Assembly: GCA_964016885.1 (NCBI GenBank)
Contig: OZ024742.1
Span: forward strand, 81,034,001 to 81,098,000
From: Eledone cirrhosa
Taxonomy: Eukaryota
DNA length: 64,000 nucleotides
Direction: 5' to 3'
In this document: one piece after another, positions 25,701 through 38,745 of the stretch
Position numbering within the stretch: position 1 is the stretch's first letter
Layout of the letters: each line of letters opens with the position of its first letter
Notes under the pieces: generated by a model
Database searches by the model: none
Seen by the model: only the letters and a program-made list of their open reading frames with translations
Told to the model about the DNA's origin: nothing
Made by a program: the position numbers and the translations under genes

Positions 25701-27133
25701 ATCAACCAAATCTTGCCCTAGTCCGTCAACATTCATCTTCTCAATGGCCGTAAATTTGTTCCAGGTATTATTTATTTCAGCATTCAGATCATTGTCTGCT
25801 TCGGTTGGTTCCTCCGTTCTCTCAACCTCTTCACCTTCATTTCCCATTGGCTCATTTGCCTGGCATACTCCACTCTCCATTTCCAACCTAATCTCTCTGT
25901 TCAGTTCCTCCAGTTCCAGCTCGTTTATTCCCCATTAGTTCTTATTACCCGATCCTGCCCGGCCAATCTTTGTTCATCTAATTTAAATAGACCAATCTTG
26001 TTCCAGATGTTATGCATCCGTTTCCTATAGCTTTTTTTCTTGGGGTTACTCTTCAGGTAACATTGCATAACAGTTCTATTCAATTCTTTCCTCTAGTTGG
26101 TTCTGGTCCCTTTACGTCTTCTTCCTCCGACCCCAGCAGTATTTGGTTGACAGCCAGGTCCCTGCTTCTGAGCCAGGGAGCACCTGCTGGGTGAGAGTCT
26201 GTCACATGACATTCCAGTCACCACTTCACCGTTATTCGAACTGTTTAGGTTCGACATTGAAACACTATTATCGAGGATTGGTGAATGTATGGTTACATAA
26301 GCACCGGTGATTTCTTCACCTCCGGTGATTTGATCACATTTGGTGATTTTAGCGTGGCACTATCACGCTGTAGACGAACATAAATAAACAAACACACTAA
26401 CAGGTAAAAAAAAAACAAAATAAGCATAAGTTTCATTGTAATGTAATGTTTGAATGTCTGACTTAGTTTGCTTTGCTTGTCTGTCTATTTGTTTTTCTTT
26501 TCGTTTTGCTTTTCTTTACGTTTTTCGTTGCTGCTGAACCGTTTTGATTTGATTTTTGATTTTTTTGATTTTTTACCGGTATATCTTTTGATGCCTTCCT
26601 CATTTAGTGGGAGTACTATGATGCCTGTCTCAGCAGGACGTAGTGGGAGAGAATAGCGGCGGTAGCGATAATAAGGCATTGGTGGTGGTGGTGATGTGCT
26701 AGTAGAACTTAGCAGGAGATAGTGGGAGAGAATAGCGGCGGTAGCGATAATGAGGCAGTGGTGGTGGTGATGTGATCGTAGTACTGTAGTATGGTGTTGA
26801 AGTAGAAGTTGAGATAACTTGACTAGTGTTTTGAGCGTGGTAGTGGTGATGGTGGCAGTGGTGGTGTTGGTGGTGAAATGATTTGCCTGCTTGTCCACTT
26901 AGCCATTTTCTCTTTTTCGAGTATAACATTTCTGATCCAAAATTAAATATTAAATATTGGGGCCCTATGTCGTAATGTGATGCGTTGTTGCCTGCTGAGG
27001 GCGAAACTGTAATCTTATATTTCATTTGAAATAAGAATTATTCTATCACAGTTGTTTTAAATAAGTAAAAATCAAAAAACTTACGGGAGCGATTCCATAA
27101 CGATATATATCCACCATGTGCGTTTTCTTCCCT
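22776..27133 (-). mobile_element. Family A full-length degenerate copy (A3)
   Basis: ORF pieces 25392-25886, 25114-25557, 23947-24864 (FMDD) and 22847-23926 (RLE, LRYVLNI). 5' end AAGGGAAG.AA.CGCAC matches A1. TAA tracts at both ends. Confidence 0.9.
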
Positions 27134-27149
27134 TTATTATTATTATTAT

Positions 27150-29280
27150 TATGCATTTATCTTGCTTTATGTTCATACGAGTTATCACCAAGTGACAACC
27201 AGTGACCTCAAGAGACAACAAGGTCCGCCATGTTCAAGAAAGAACATACATACTCACACATGCTTCTTTAGTGTTTAGACTTGTGATGTACTTATATTGA
27301 CAGAATCTTCCTTAGTATATGGGCAGTTCTCATTAGTACTTTCTTTTGTATTTCTCCTATACGCGGGTTTCCTGGGATTTGAGATAAGTAATCATTAGAC
27401 CCCTTAGGTATCATTCCTAGAGCGCCTACAACCACTGGTATTGTTTTAGTTCTCAATTTCCACATTTTTCCAATTTCTATCTCCAGGTCCTTATACTTGC
27501 TCAATTTTTCAAATGTTTTTTAGATACATTCTAGTCTATTGGAAAGGACATATCAATTAGCAGGCATACCCTGTTTTTAAAGTCCTTCAATATTATATCA
27601 GATCTATTTGCATCTATTTTTCGGTCTGTTTCGATGCTAAAGTTCCACAATATTGAGATGTGATCTTTTTCAAGTAGGGGAGGTGGCTGATGCTCCCACC
27701 AATTCTTTTGATGTGGCAGGTCAAAATGCTTACACATTATCCAATGTATGTATTGTGCAGCTCTGTCATGCCTGTTTAGGTATTCGGTTGGAGCTATAGG
27801 ACTGCACATTGAAATTATATGGTCAATGGTCTCTGGTTGTTTTTTACATACACGGCATAATGGGCTGCATCCATTTTTTATTATGTTGGCTTGGTAATTT
27901 TTTGTTGGCAGACACTGATCTTGTGCTGATATAATCAGTCCTTCAGTCTCCGATTTCAGTCTAGAGGATGCCAACCACTGATGGGTTAAAATTTTGTCAA
28001 CATAAGGATTGTTAGCTCGTTGTGGGTATTTTCCATAAAGAGGCTTTTCTTGCCATTTCTTAGCCAGTTTCTGTAGCAGTTCTTTCTTTGCAGTTACTTT
28101 TACCTGCTTTGCTTTTTCTGTGTTTTTCATTTCCGCAGTAAATGGGACTTCTGAAATGTGTAGTCCATTACTGTATCTTTGTGCATCTTTTGTAATGGAA
28201 TATGATCTTTTGATGCTTTCGTGTTTCAAAACGAATTTGATCATCCAATCATGTGATTCCCTTAGATATGTAGATAATCCAATTGTTGCAGTTTTCAACG
28301 CAATGTCTAACTGGATTAACCCACGTCCTCCTTCTTTCCTAGGGAGATATATTCTATCTGTATCTGCCTTAGGGTGATGCATTCTGTGCATGGTTAAGAA
28401 TTTTCGAATGTTTGTATCGAGCCTACGGATCTCTGTGCTTGACCAGTTGATGACATTGTAACTGTCGGTTACTACTGGTATGGCAAGCGTGTTTATGGCA
28501 TCGATCCTATTCATTGAATTCAATTCCGTTCATAAGATTGCTCCTACTCTGCGGTAACATTCCTTCCTTATCCTTTCCCTCATTGTCGAGTGCTTGATTC
28601 CGTCTCCTTCACAAGCACCTAGATATTTGTAAGTTTCCTCTTCATCAAGTTCTCTTATCACATTCCCTCGATCAAGATTAATATCTGAACTTTTCAGTAG
28701 CTTTCCTCTGGTTAACGTTGCTTTGGCGCATTTATCCAGTCCAAACTCCATTTTAATGTCATCACTGAACTGCTCCACAGTGGCTAATAGCCCTTGCAAT
28801 TGTTCATCATTTTTTGCAAATAGTTTCAGGTCATCCATGTAGAACAAGTGAAAGTGATTAATGGTTTTGTCATAGACTTTATATCCATATTTTGTTTCTT
28901 TGAGCATTTTACTTAATGGTATAAGTGCGATGCAGAATAAAAGCGGTGATAAAGAGTCACCCTGAATAATTCCACAATTAATATGAACTACTCCAGCTTC
29001 CAGTGATTTTGTTTCACTGCTAAAGTTCCACAATATTGAGATGTGATCTTTTTCAAGTAGGGGAGGTGGCTGATGCTCCCACCAATTCTTTTGATGTGGC
29101 AGGTCAAAATGCTTACACATTATCCAATGTATGTATTGTGCAGCTCTGTCATGCCTGTTTAGGTATTCGGTTGGAGCTATAGGACTGCACATTGAAATTA
29201 TATGGTCAATGGTCTCTGGTTGTTTTTTGCATACACGGCATAATGGGCTGCACCCATTTTTTATTATGTTGGCTTGGTAA
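27150..29280 (-). mobile_element. Family B 5'-truncated copy (B2) with internal duplication
   Basis: ORFs 28530-29315, 27531-28523 and 27292-27504. 29018-29281 duplicates 27635-27899. Confidence 0.9.
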
Positions 29281-29526
29281 TTATTATTATTATTATTATT
29301 ATTATGGCCGCACATGTGTGAAGACAGTACAAATCTGCGGGGGAAAGGTTCGTAACTTTAAGCTGTTATAAAGTGTCATTTTTCGTATTTTCTTGTCGTT
29401 AACGAAACTTAATGTACACATCTTTATTTAAAGAGAGGGATACCTCTCAATTTTCGGGCTTTAAGCCCGAATATTCAGTTTTATTTTTAAAAACTTCGAA
29501 AAAAATCGCTTCCACACCAAAAAATT

Positions 29527-31480
29527 ATGGAAGAATTCGACCTTGAAACGGTAAACAAAGTTCAGGTCAAAAGTTTAAAGGCAGCCACTGTAGATTTCAC
29601 CACGACTACAGTCATGCCTGCCATCCACTCTACTGGATGTGAAGTCAAAACTCAACCTTCTGTGATAGCAGCAGTATCATCTGAAAACGACATCACCACC
29701 ACCGCCACCACCACCACCACAACGACAACAACTCAGAGCAATAACGACAATAACACCGACAGCTTCATTGTAAACAAGGATGGCGGTGGCAACAGCATCA
29801 ACAAACAAAACAACAACAACAACACCAATAACAACAGCAAGAATGACAACATCAACAATAAGAGCATCAGAAACACCACATTTGCTGCAGCAGCAGCAAA
29901 AACCAAGCGCTTATTGTATATTGATATTGATATTAGCGATAAAGACAAACAGTTGGCCAAAGCGTGGAGGCTAATTAAACGGGAGAAGTCCTGGGCTAAC
30001 CTGACCATCCCGGACGAGGCAATAGCGGCCATGCAAAGGAGGACGGTGTTCTTTCGATGTATTTCAGTGCAGACACGAACAGTGGAACTTGCGAGCCAAG
30101 CAGAGATAGAGGCTGCTTTGGAGTACATCGGAAGTAACATAGAGTACAAAGCAAGAGGCAAACAGTTTGGTACTATATCGGTACTGTTCAAAATCGAGGC
30201 CCTCGCTATTAAGCATTCGGTGACCCCCTGCAGAACGGAACGCATTATCATGCATCCGTCCTACATGGGTAAAAGGACAGTAAAGTTACGCATTCCCAGC
30301 ATCCCCCCAGGAATGAACATATGGTGGCTGCTGGGATGCGTAATCAAGGAGGGGACAGACACTACCCTCTTGGATATCAAAAGGACAGAGAGAGAGGACT
30401 GGTCCGGAATGGATTTGGAGATTATTCTCCAAATGAAACCGGAGAATATGAAAAACATCCCGGATTTTGCCCGCCTGTAGGACGGGACAACAATCCAACT
30501 AATCATTGACGGAAGAAGGCCACGCTGCTTCGTCTGCGGGGAAACAACGCATCTTCAAGCCTTCTGCCCTCAGCGCAAAAATGCAGGGGTTCGCAAACCT
30601 CTTTTGTTGCCAACGCCAGTGTCAGCACGGAAAGCTGCACCACCACCACCAGTACCAAAAACAATACCAACAAAAACAAACACCAACATCAAAAGCAGCC
30701 GGATCACCACCAACACCAAAACCAATCCAAGGAGAAAACGAGGAAAGCTCTGCCACTACCCCCCACCCAATTAGACACATAGACAAAACAATAAACGAAC
30801 ACACAGACACAGAGACACTTACAGACACAGACCCTTTGTCTTCCAGCAGCGAAGATGAAGGAAAATCCAAAAGTGCAAAAAAACAGAGAAAACTCACAAA
30901 AAAGCCCCAACAAAACACAAAAACATACACAATAAAAAATACAGACACCACTAACGCAAACACTTCCCCAATAACATCATCACCAACAGCACATCGACAC
31001 CACCTCCACAATCCCCGAAACGCAAACAACCTAAACAAACACAAGTACAAATAAACACACAAATACCTGAAATTGCAGACACCACACCTACAACAAACAT
31101 AGACATACCCGAAACAGCACCACCAAAACCATCTCCACCACAGACACCAAAACGAAAACAAATATAACCACGCCAACAAAATGTTAAAAACTTCCTGCTT
31201 GTCAGAACGGCCAACGATAAACTGATGGCCCTCTTAGCGCGAAGCAAGGACATTCAAACAGAGGGGGAGATTTTTGAAATGAGCACATTTTGCGTGCCAG
31301 AAGATTTGCTTCTGGTCCGAATGTCACTCAATTCCTTCAAAGAAATTCGAGAGAGCTTTCCTCAAGACGTGGGCACCCCGAATGTGAAACCCACATCAAG
31401 ACGTTTAAAGAGGTTCCCAAAAGAAACCCCACCAACCATGGAGGTCGAACTACCCGACCTTCACAAGACCCGGGTGGTAA
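29527..31480 (+). pseudogene. LINE ORF1 (gag-like, CCHC knuckle)
   Basis: A 317 aa ORF, an in-frame TAG at 30478-30480, then DGRRPRCFVCGETTHLQAFCP (CX2CX4HX4C) and a low-complexity tail. The 3' boundary is approximate. Confidence 0.8.
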
Positions 31481-31517
31481 GTAAACCTTCCCTCTCTCTC
31501 TCTCTTAGCTTACCAAT

Positions 31518-34500
31518 ATGGCCATATTAAGAGTTCGCGGCCTGGGCTCACCCTGGAAGCAGGGTCTCCTGCTCAACGACCTCCGGTCGCTGGAAATGGA
31601 TGTAATTGCCGTAAGCGAGACCAGAATTTCCGACACGCGCGCACTAGCACCCATTTTCGACGACTATCTGATCTTCGCATCTGTTAGCAGGACGGGAATG
31701 GGTGGGGTGGAAGTGCTGTTTAGGAAAGGACTGGATCTCGATGTAAGGTCGATCTTCCGCGACCCGGACGGTAAGTGGGTGGTCTTGGATGTGAGCAGTA
31801 GCGAAGATGGTGTCTTTAGACTGCTGGTCATCTACGCCCCTACAGGGGCCGGACGACCTGACTTCTTTAGGCGCCTGGAGACCTTTCTGTGTACGTCTCG
31901 CCCTTTACTCTTAGCGGGGGACTGGAATGGCATCTTAGACGTACGCTGGGATTGTGTGGGAGTAGCCGATAAGAGCAGGGGTGCAAAAGCCTCAAGCACC
32001 TACTCAGCCAGTTCCAACTCTCTGACAGGTATCGACTAAATTTCCCCAATGTGCCAGTATGGACATGGACCAACCGAATGGGGTCATCTAGATCGTATAT
32101 AGACAGGATCTTCATTAGGAAAATAAATAGAAATAGTGTGGGCTGTCCACTTTTTAAAACGGTCGCCTATACAGATCACAAATTTGTGATCTGTACGGTC
32201 GACCTAAATAAAACGCCTAGGTTAGAACCGGGTTACTGGGAGCTAAACATGTCATTTCCGGCACGTAAGGCTTACAGGGACCGAGTCAACAATTTAGTTA
32301 CGCAAAAGTTGACAGGGGGGATCATCAACAACAGATGGTTGGGGGCTCTCAAAATAGAGATTAGAGTAACTTCGATAGAGTTCCACAAAGAACTAGCGTT
32401 AGAGAAAAATAGAAAGCAGGGGGAGCTGGTAGATAAGTTAGACGAGGCTATTTGTAGTGGCATCGCAACTGACGTGCTAGCGGGGAGAATGGTATTAGAC
32501 CATTTCTTCAATGCCAAACACGAAGGTTGCATTGTCAGAGCTAAGGCGCGTGCGCTGAGAAACGAGGGAACTAAAGCTGTTCGATGGGCCCGCGTGGCGG
32601 AGGCGCAGCGTGGTAATAAAACCACAATTCGGTCTTTGTCGGACCGAGACGGACACGAAATAAGCGATTCCAAGCGGATGTGTGAGGCCTTTCGCCAGCA
32701 CTTTGCTCGGTTGTTCAGGGAGAGTGCCGAGTCAGAGAGAGTAGCGGATTTCAGTCCCTACCTTGACGGCTTGCCGCGCATCTCGACGGTCGACGCTGAG
32801 CGCTGCGAAAGGCCGATTACTTCAGCCGAAATTCAGGACGCCCTTGTCGGCTGCATGAGGTGCAATATTCCAGACTTGTTCTCCTAACTCCTCGAAGCAC
32901 TCTACTGAAACTGGCAGCAGAATGGGAGTATTCCCAGTTCTGTTAGCAGGGGAGTGGTGACGCTGATAAGGAAAGACAAGATCAAGAGGGATACATTAGA
33001 CAACTTCAGGCCCATAACTCTGCTCAACACAGAGTTTAAGATTTCGGCCAAGGTATTAGCAATGAGATTGGCGCTTGTCGTCGAGGATTTGGTTGGGGAG
33101 GCGCAAACTTGCGCAATCGCAGCCAGGTCCATACACGACAATCTCCACCTCATGCGATACATCATAGAGAGGGTTGGGTGTAAACCTCGCTTCAGTGGGG
33201 CACTGACCAATTTAGATCAATCGAAAGCATTCGATATGGTCGACCATCGGTATCTGTAGTTTGTCCTCAAAGCAGCTGGCTTCGGCGCTCTCTTTAGAAG
33301 CTGGATCATTGCAATACAGCGGCACACGCTCGGTGGTGAAGGTTAATGGCCACCCCTCGGAACCATTTCGGCTCTCCCGACCGGTCCGTCAAGGGTGCCC
33401 TCTCTCTTCCCTTCTGTACGTATTGACTCTCGAGCCTTTACTGCGGAAGCTAGAGCTGTTGCAGGGCATTCCGCTCGAACCGGGACGTGGAAAGGCGGTG
33501 TCGGCTTATGCGGACGAAATCACCGTGATGGTGTCGAACACCTCAGAAATCGAGGTGGTCGGACACCTTATTGAAGGAATATGAAAGGTTGACAGGAGCC
33601 AAACTTAACCCGGAACAGTGGGTGGGCTTGCAGCTCGGAACCTGGAGAGGCAAGCCAATGCCGTCCAACAGCATCGCGGGGCGCTGGACGGACGGACCGG
33701 TAAAGTTGCTCGGGGTTTGGTTCGGACCAGACCTCCAGGTGGAAAAGAATTGGGACGAGGTAACGTAAGAGTTGCCAGTCTCACCCAAAAATGGGTTGGG
33801 AGGGAGCTATCACTGAAAGGTCGCGCGGAGGTGGGGAATGCGTACATCGCGTCCGTCATCTACTACCGCCTAACCGTCGTGCCTTGCCCCCGTCCGCGCC
33901 TCGTCAAGTTGGAATGGCTCCTCTTCAAATTCTTGTGGAGGGGACAAGTTCCGTTGGTGAGGCGGTCCATCTGCTGCCAGCACCCTCTACGCGGAGGGCT
34001 GGGCATGCCGTGGCTAATGATGCGCAGACATGCGTTGAGGCTGCGACATCTCCAGATATTCTGCCTCAATGGTGAACAGGTGTGGTCGCCGTTTATTAAA
34101 CGGGCCTTTCCGCAGCTCATTTCTTTGACTGAGCTGCAGTCCTGGGTCAAGGAGAGACCGAGACTGGGTGACTGGCACCTGGAATGTTGCCAGGCACTCA
34201 CTGCCCTCTACCAAGCCGGCAATGCGATCAGTGGAACTTGCACACGAGTTCTATAGAGGATTAGTGCTGGGCAAGTGCGATGACGCACTCGGAGAAGCGT
34301 TGGGCCTCGACGAAGTCGAACTGACCAGTCTGTACCGGAGAAATTTTGAGCCGGGGACAATGGACAATTTCCAGAAATCCCTCGCTTGGCAATGCTACCG
34401 AGGGGCACTGCCGGTTCGGGATAAACTGTACAGGCACGGAAGTGCTGTCAGACGGACCTGCCCAAGATGCGCACAGAACGACGAAACCGTTCTGCACGCA

Positions 34501-34879
34501 CTTGTCAATGTCAGTGCATTACAGACTTGTGGAGTTATGTCGAACAGCTACTGTCGCGTGTGGAACGAATCCGGCTATCGGCCGAGTCCATAGTTAAGAT
34601 CGATCTACCGCCTTCCTTAGGTCGGGAAGAGCAAGAAATGTTCCTCTGTCTTGTGGCAGTTGTGAAAGAGATTATATGGTGGACCAGGTTGAAAGGACTA
34701 AAGACAGACACTTTTCTCTTCGGTCAATCCCTCATCAACTTCTTCAAGTTTCACCTGGAAAGGAAGGTGAGGTTGGAGAGAGAAGTGCCCCCCCCCCCCC
34801 CAGTACATTTGCTAAAAGGTGGGTGAATATGGCGAGAATGGCTCGTGTGAATGGGCCTACTCTGACCATGAGCCTATAG
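31518..34879 (+). pseudogene. LINE ORF2: APE endonuclease + RT + CCHC, frameshifted
   Basis: VRGL, VSET, IYAP, GDWN, SYID, TDH; FRPITLLNTEFK, LDQSKAFD, RQGCPLS, YADE (DD mutated), LLGVWF; GGLGMP; CPRCAQNDETVLHAL. Confidence 0.9.
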
Positions 34880-35160
34880 GCTAGCTAACTTGAGGAGAGG
34901 GGTGCTCGCCTGGGTGCCCTAGAAGCGCAGGGTGGTTCAGGATTGGTGGGGTATCCGAATCACCCCAGGGTCGTCCACCCCCTATCGGGGAATTTATTTT
35001 GTTATATTTATGCATAGTTTATTTTATATTTTTATATTTTCATTGTTAAATTAGTCTTGCCATTGTGCACTTTTACTCGACCTTAATATAAACCCCCACT
35101 GTCCCTGTCTTTGTATTGTCCCCTACATGTCGGCCCTTGTGGCTAATAAATGAAATCATT

Positions 35161-35191
<31 letters not shown>

Positions 35192-35195
35192 TTAC

Positions 35196-37943
35196 TACAC
35201 TTGCTTTATGTTCATACAAGTTATCACCAAGTAACAACCAGTGACCTCAAGCGACAACAAGGGCCGCCATTTTCAAGAAAGAACATACATACACACACAT
35301 GCATCTTTAGGTGTTTAGATTTGTGATGTACTTATATTGACAGAATCTTCCTTCGTATATGGGCAGTTCCCATTAGTACTATATTTTGTATTTATCCTAT
35401 ATGCGGGTTTCCTGGATTTTGCGATAAGTAATCATTAGACCTCTTATGTATCATTCCTAGAGCACCCACAAGCATGGGTTTTGTTTTAGTACTCAACTTC
35501 CACAGTTTTCTAATTTCTATCTCCAGGTCTTATACTTGCTCAACTTTTCAAATGTTTTTATAGATAATTCTTGTCTATTGGAACGGAAATATCAATTAGC
35601 AGGCATACCTCCTTTTTAAAGTCCTTCAGTATTATATCAGGTCTATTTGCATATTTTTCGGTCTGTTTGGATGCTAAAGTTCCACAAGAATGAAATGTGA
35701 TCTTTTTCAAGTACGGGAGGTGGTAGATGTTCCAACCAATCTTTGGATGGTGCATGTCAAAATGCTTACACATTATCCAATGTATTATTGTACAGCTCTG
35801 TCGTGCCTGTTTAGGTATTCGGTTGGAGCTATAGGACTGCTCATCGGGAAATAGATAATTTGTTATCAGGTCATCATAAGTATATTCAGTTAGGACTGGT
35901 GTTAACATTTCATACATTCTGGTCAAGCAAGTTATCCGTCTGTAATTTTGGGGATTGTTTGTCTCATCATTCTTCGGAAGCAGGAATGTAATGCCGTTAA
36001 CTAGCCATGATGGTAACTTTTCCGCCTCCTTAACCATTTCATTGTAAAGTTGTGCTAACAGCTCATGAGATTATGTTAAGGCATTTATCCACAAATCTAG
36101 TATTTTGTCTTTGCCTGGGGATTTTCATTTGCTGTATTTTCTAAGAGCTAAACGCAGATGTTCAACTGTTATATTTCCCTATGTTTGTTCCTCAAGTTGA
36201 CCTCTAATTTTCATTTGTCTGTCTATCCATGGGGCATGTATATTATGAACTTTTGGTGGCTTGGCAGTATCGGTAGAGGGTCGGACGCCATGCTTTCCAG
36301 CCTAGTTACGTCCCTTTACGATCTGAGTTCAAATCCCGCCCAGGTTGACTTTGCCTTTCATCCTTACGGGGTCGATAAAATAAAGTACCAGTAATGCACT
36401 GGGTAATTGCTGGCCTTGTGCCTAAAGTAGAAACAATTATGAACTTTTTCTTCGGCCCATATCTTTTCCTAGAATTCTTGCACTTCCTCCTTGGGTGGTA
36501 TTGATTTAGCAGTTATTGTTGACTTGCCAATTTTTCTTTACATGTACTTTTGGTTTATTTTGAACATATTATTGTCCTTATAGAATCTAGATCGTTTTTC
36601 AAAGCGCCTTATACGAACAGCTTTGGCCGAGACTTTTTGCTTGATTGTTTCTATCAGCATGTCTATGTCACTTGTTGATTTTATGCTGTATTTTCTTTTC
36701 AAGTTTCTAAGTTTAGTTTGTTTAACATGTTCAACTACCTTGTAGTTTGCTAACATTTCTGTCAGATCGGAAAAGATTTATTTGGCGATTGATGTTCTCT
36801 TGCCAAGTAGTTTTTTTGTAGGAATTCCTTTGTCCTTTCATTTTTACTCCATGTAAGTGAGTGGTGACTTTAGCCGATGCATAATAGAGATGATTTAGAT
36901 CAGTAATGTTTAGATTATTTGTAATGATAATGTTTTTGAGAGTTATGTTAGTCTTGTGTATTATCCTTTGGTTTTGTTTGGAGTTCTGGATCTTAGGCAG
37001 AGTGTCTCGTTCCTCCATGTCAGATTCTTTCATTTTCATCCATTCCATCATAATATCATTCTTCAAGTTGGCGAGTTCATTCTCATTCATTTCTTTATCA
37101 TTGATGATCTCATTGTTTTCATTTTGAGTTTCATTTTCAGCATGAACTCATTCCAATTTTTCGATCCTTTCTTTAATTTGTTCTGGTGTAAGTGATTCCG
37201 CCCCAACCGTGTGATTTGAAGTGTTAGAATTTACCTCGTTTTCACTGACACATGTTTCATTTTCCCTTCGCTGGTTTTGCGCTAATTGCTTGATCTGATC
37301 AATTTCTATATCAGTTAGTAACTTTTTCTTAATAATATTTCTTCGTATATTAGCTAGTTTGTTACTGTCAATATATCCTCTGTTTTCGGGATGTCTTTTT
37401 TTCTAGTTGATATATGTCTGTTCTGTATTCGATCTATTTGATGGGTGGTACATGGCAGTGTAGAAAGCCTCAAGGACTTCTTTATTGTCTTACCTTGACC
37501 ATTTTCTCTCTTTTTGTATGTGTTCCTTGGTGGTGAGTATGGATGGCAAACAGTAGGAGCATTCCGGTTATGGGAGGTCTCCAGCTCCGAATTAATGAGA
37601 AGGTTTAAACCATTAGCTGATTTTTCGTCCCAGCCTTCTTCCTCTCTGAGGCTTGCGGCCCTTTTTTGACCCGGGTGACGGCCGATCCGGTATGAGATTT
37701 TATAATTTGACATTGGCTTTATTTTGTTGTGTTTTATCCTTAACCGCCAATGGTTAATACTTTCGTGTTAGGACAAGTGTCAACCAAGACTAAAGGTGTC
37801 GTCCTCCCCTAGAGACACGGCTATTCACCCATGGCCGCCATCCCGGTATTTCTTTGACACGGGGTTTTTATTTTTTTAATTCTTTTTATTGTTATTATCA
37901 TGAGTGGTTCCTTAATGTGATCCCTGCGTTGCTAAGAAAGACA
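35196..37943 (-). mobile_element. Family B copy (B3) with intact ends, an internal deletion of about 1.4 kb, and a SINE insertion
   Basis: The only B copy with a 5' UTR (37715-37943). N-terminal ORF pieces present. RT core removed at a GCAG microhomology (35837-35840). B 3' UTR present. Confidence 0.88.
36255..36435 (+). mobile_element. tRNA-derived SINE with 13 bp TSD, inside B3
   Basis: TSD ATTATGAACTTTT at 36242-36254 and 36436-36448. Confidence 0.93.
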
Positions 37944-37959
37944 TTATTATTAATATTAT

Positions 37960-38745
37960 AATATAGTTCTTGTGGAAGTTGCCTCTATTGTTATTGTTGG
38001 TTATGTAAGTGGATGTTGGGGCTTTTTTCTATTGTTGGTGGTGGAATTCATTGCCATAGTAGTTAACTTTTTACCGAGTCAGTATGTCAGTATATTTATA
38101 TATTTTGTTAGCCTAGTGTTACTGCTACGTTCCCCATTTTTAAGTTAACAGAAGGTAATGGGGGAATAGTGGTGGTAGTAATGATGGAGTGGTGGCGTCG
38201 GTGATGGAATAATGGTACTGTAGTGATGGCGTTTTAGCCACTAAATTATGTTGAATAGATTTGACTGTAGCTATTACTACTGTATTGTGTTTGTTTGATC
38301 TGTATATCTAGGCGGTTTGTCGCCTATGTTTAATATACATGTTGACATATTTCCTAAAATATTCGAATTAAACATTTTGAGAAAACTTGAGATATAATAA
38401 TAATAACTATTATTATTATACTGGGATTGTGGTGTTGGTGCTGGTGAAATTGCCGTTATCTGGCTGTTCTATTTAGTGCACACAGAGGGCGCGGGTAAGC
38501 TGGTGTATCTAGGTTGTGGTGGTGACATTGTTGTAATTTCGCTGTGCTATTATTCCATTTATAACCATTTTCTTTATTGAATATAACATTTCTAATACAA
38601 AATTGAATATTTGAGTCCTATGCCAGGGTGTTATGGACACTCATTTCCTCAGAGCGAAGACTGGTGCTATATGTCCCATTTCTACTAAGAATTGTTATAT
38701 CACAATTGTTTTAAATATATTAAAAATCAAAAACTCTCGGGAACT
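37960..38745 (-). mobile_element. Family A 5' UTR fragment
   Basis: Matches 45700-46260 and the A3 5' region (GGTGAAATTGCCGTTATCTGGCTGTT; AAAATCAAAAA.CT..CGGGA). Confidence 0.75.

Larger units (their letters stand above)
29305..35158 (+). mobile_element. Tx1/L1-clade LINE, full length, decayed (T1), inserted in (ATT)n
   Basis: Two-ORF layout; 3' UTR ends GGCCCTTGTGGCTAATAAATGAAATC(ATT)n; the 5' end is shared with the copy at 50310. Confidence 0.9.

Noticed and set aside
30478-30480. Programmed readthrough before the ORF1 zinc knuckle
   Set aside because: The element has many other disabling mutations, so a simple nonsense mutation is more likely.
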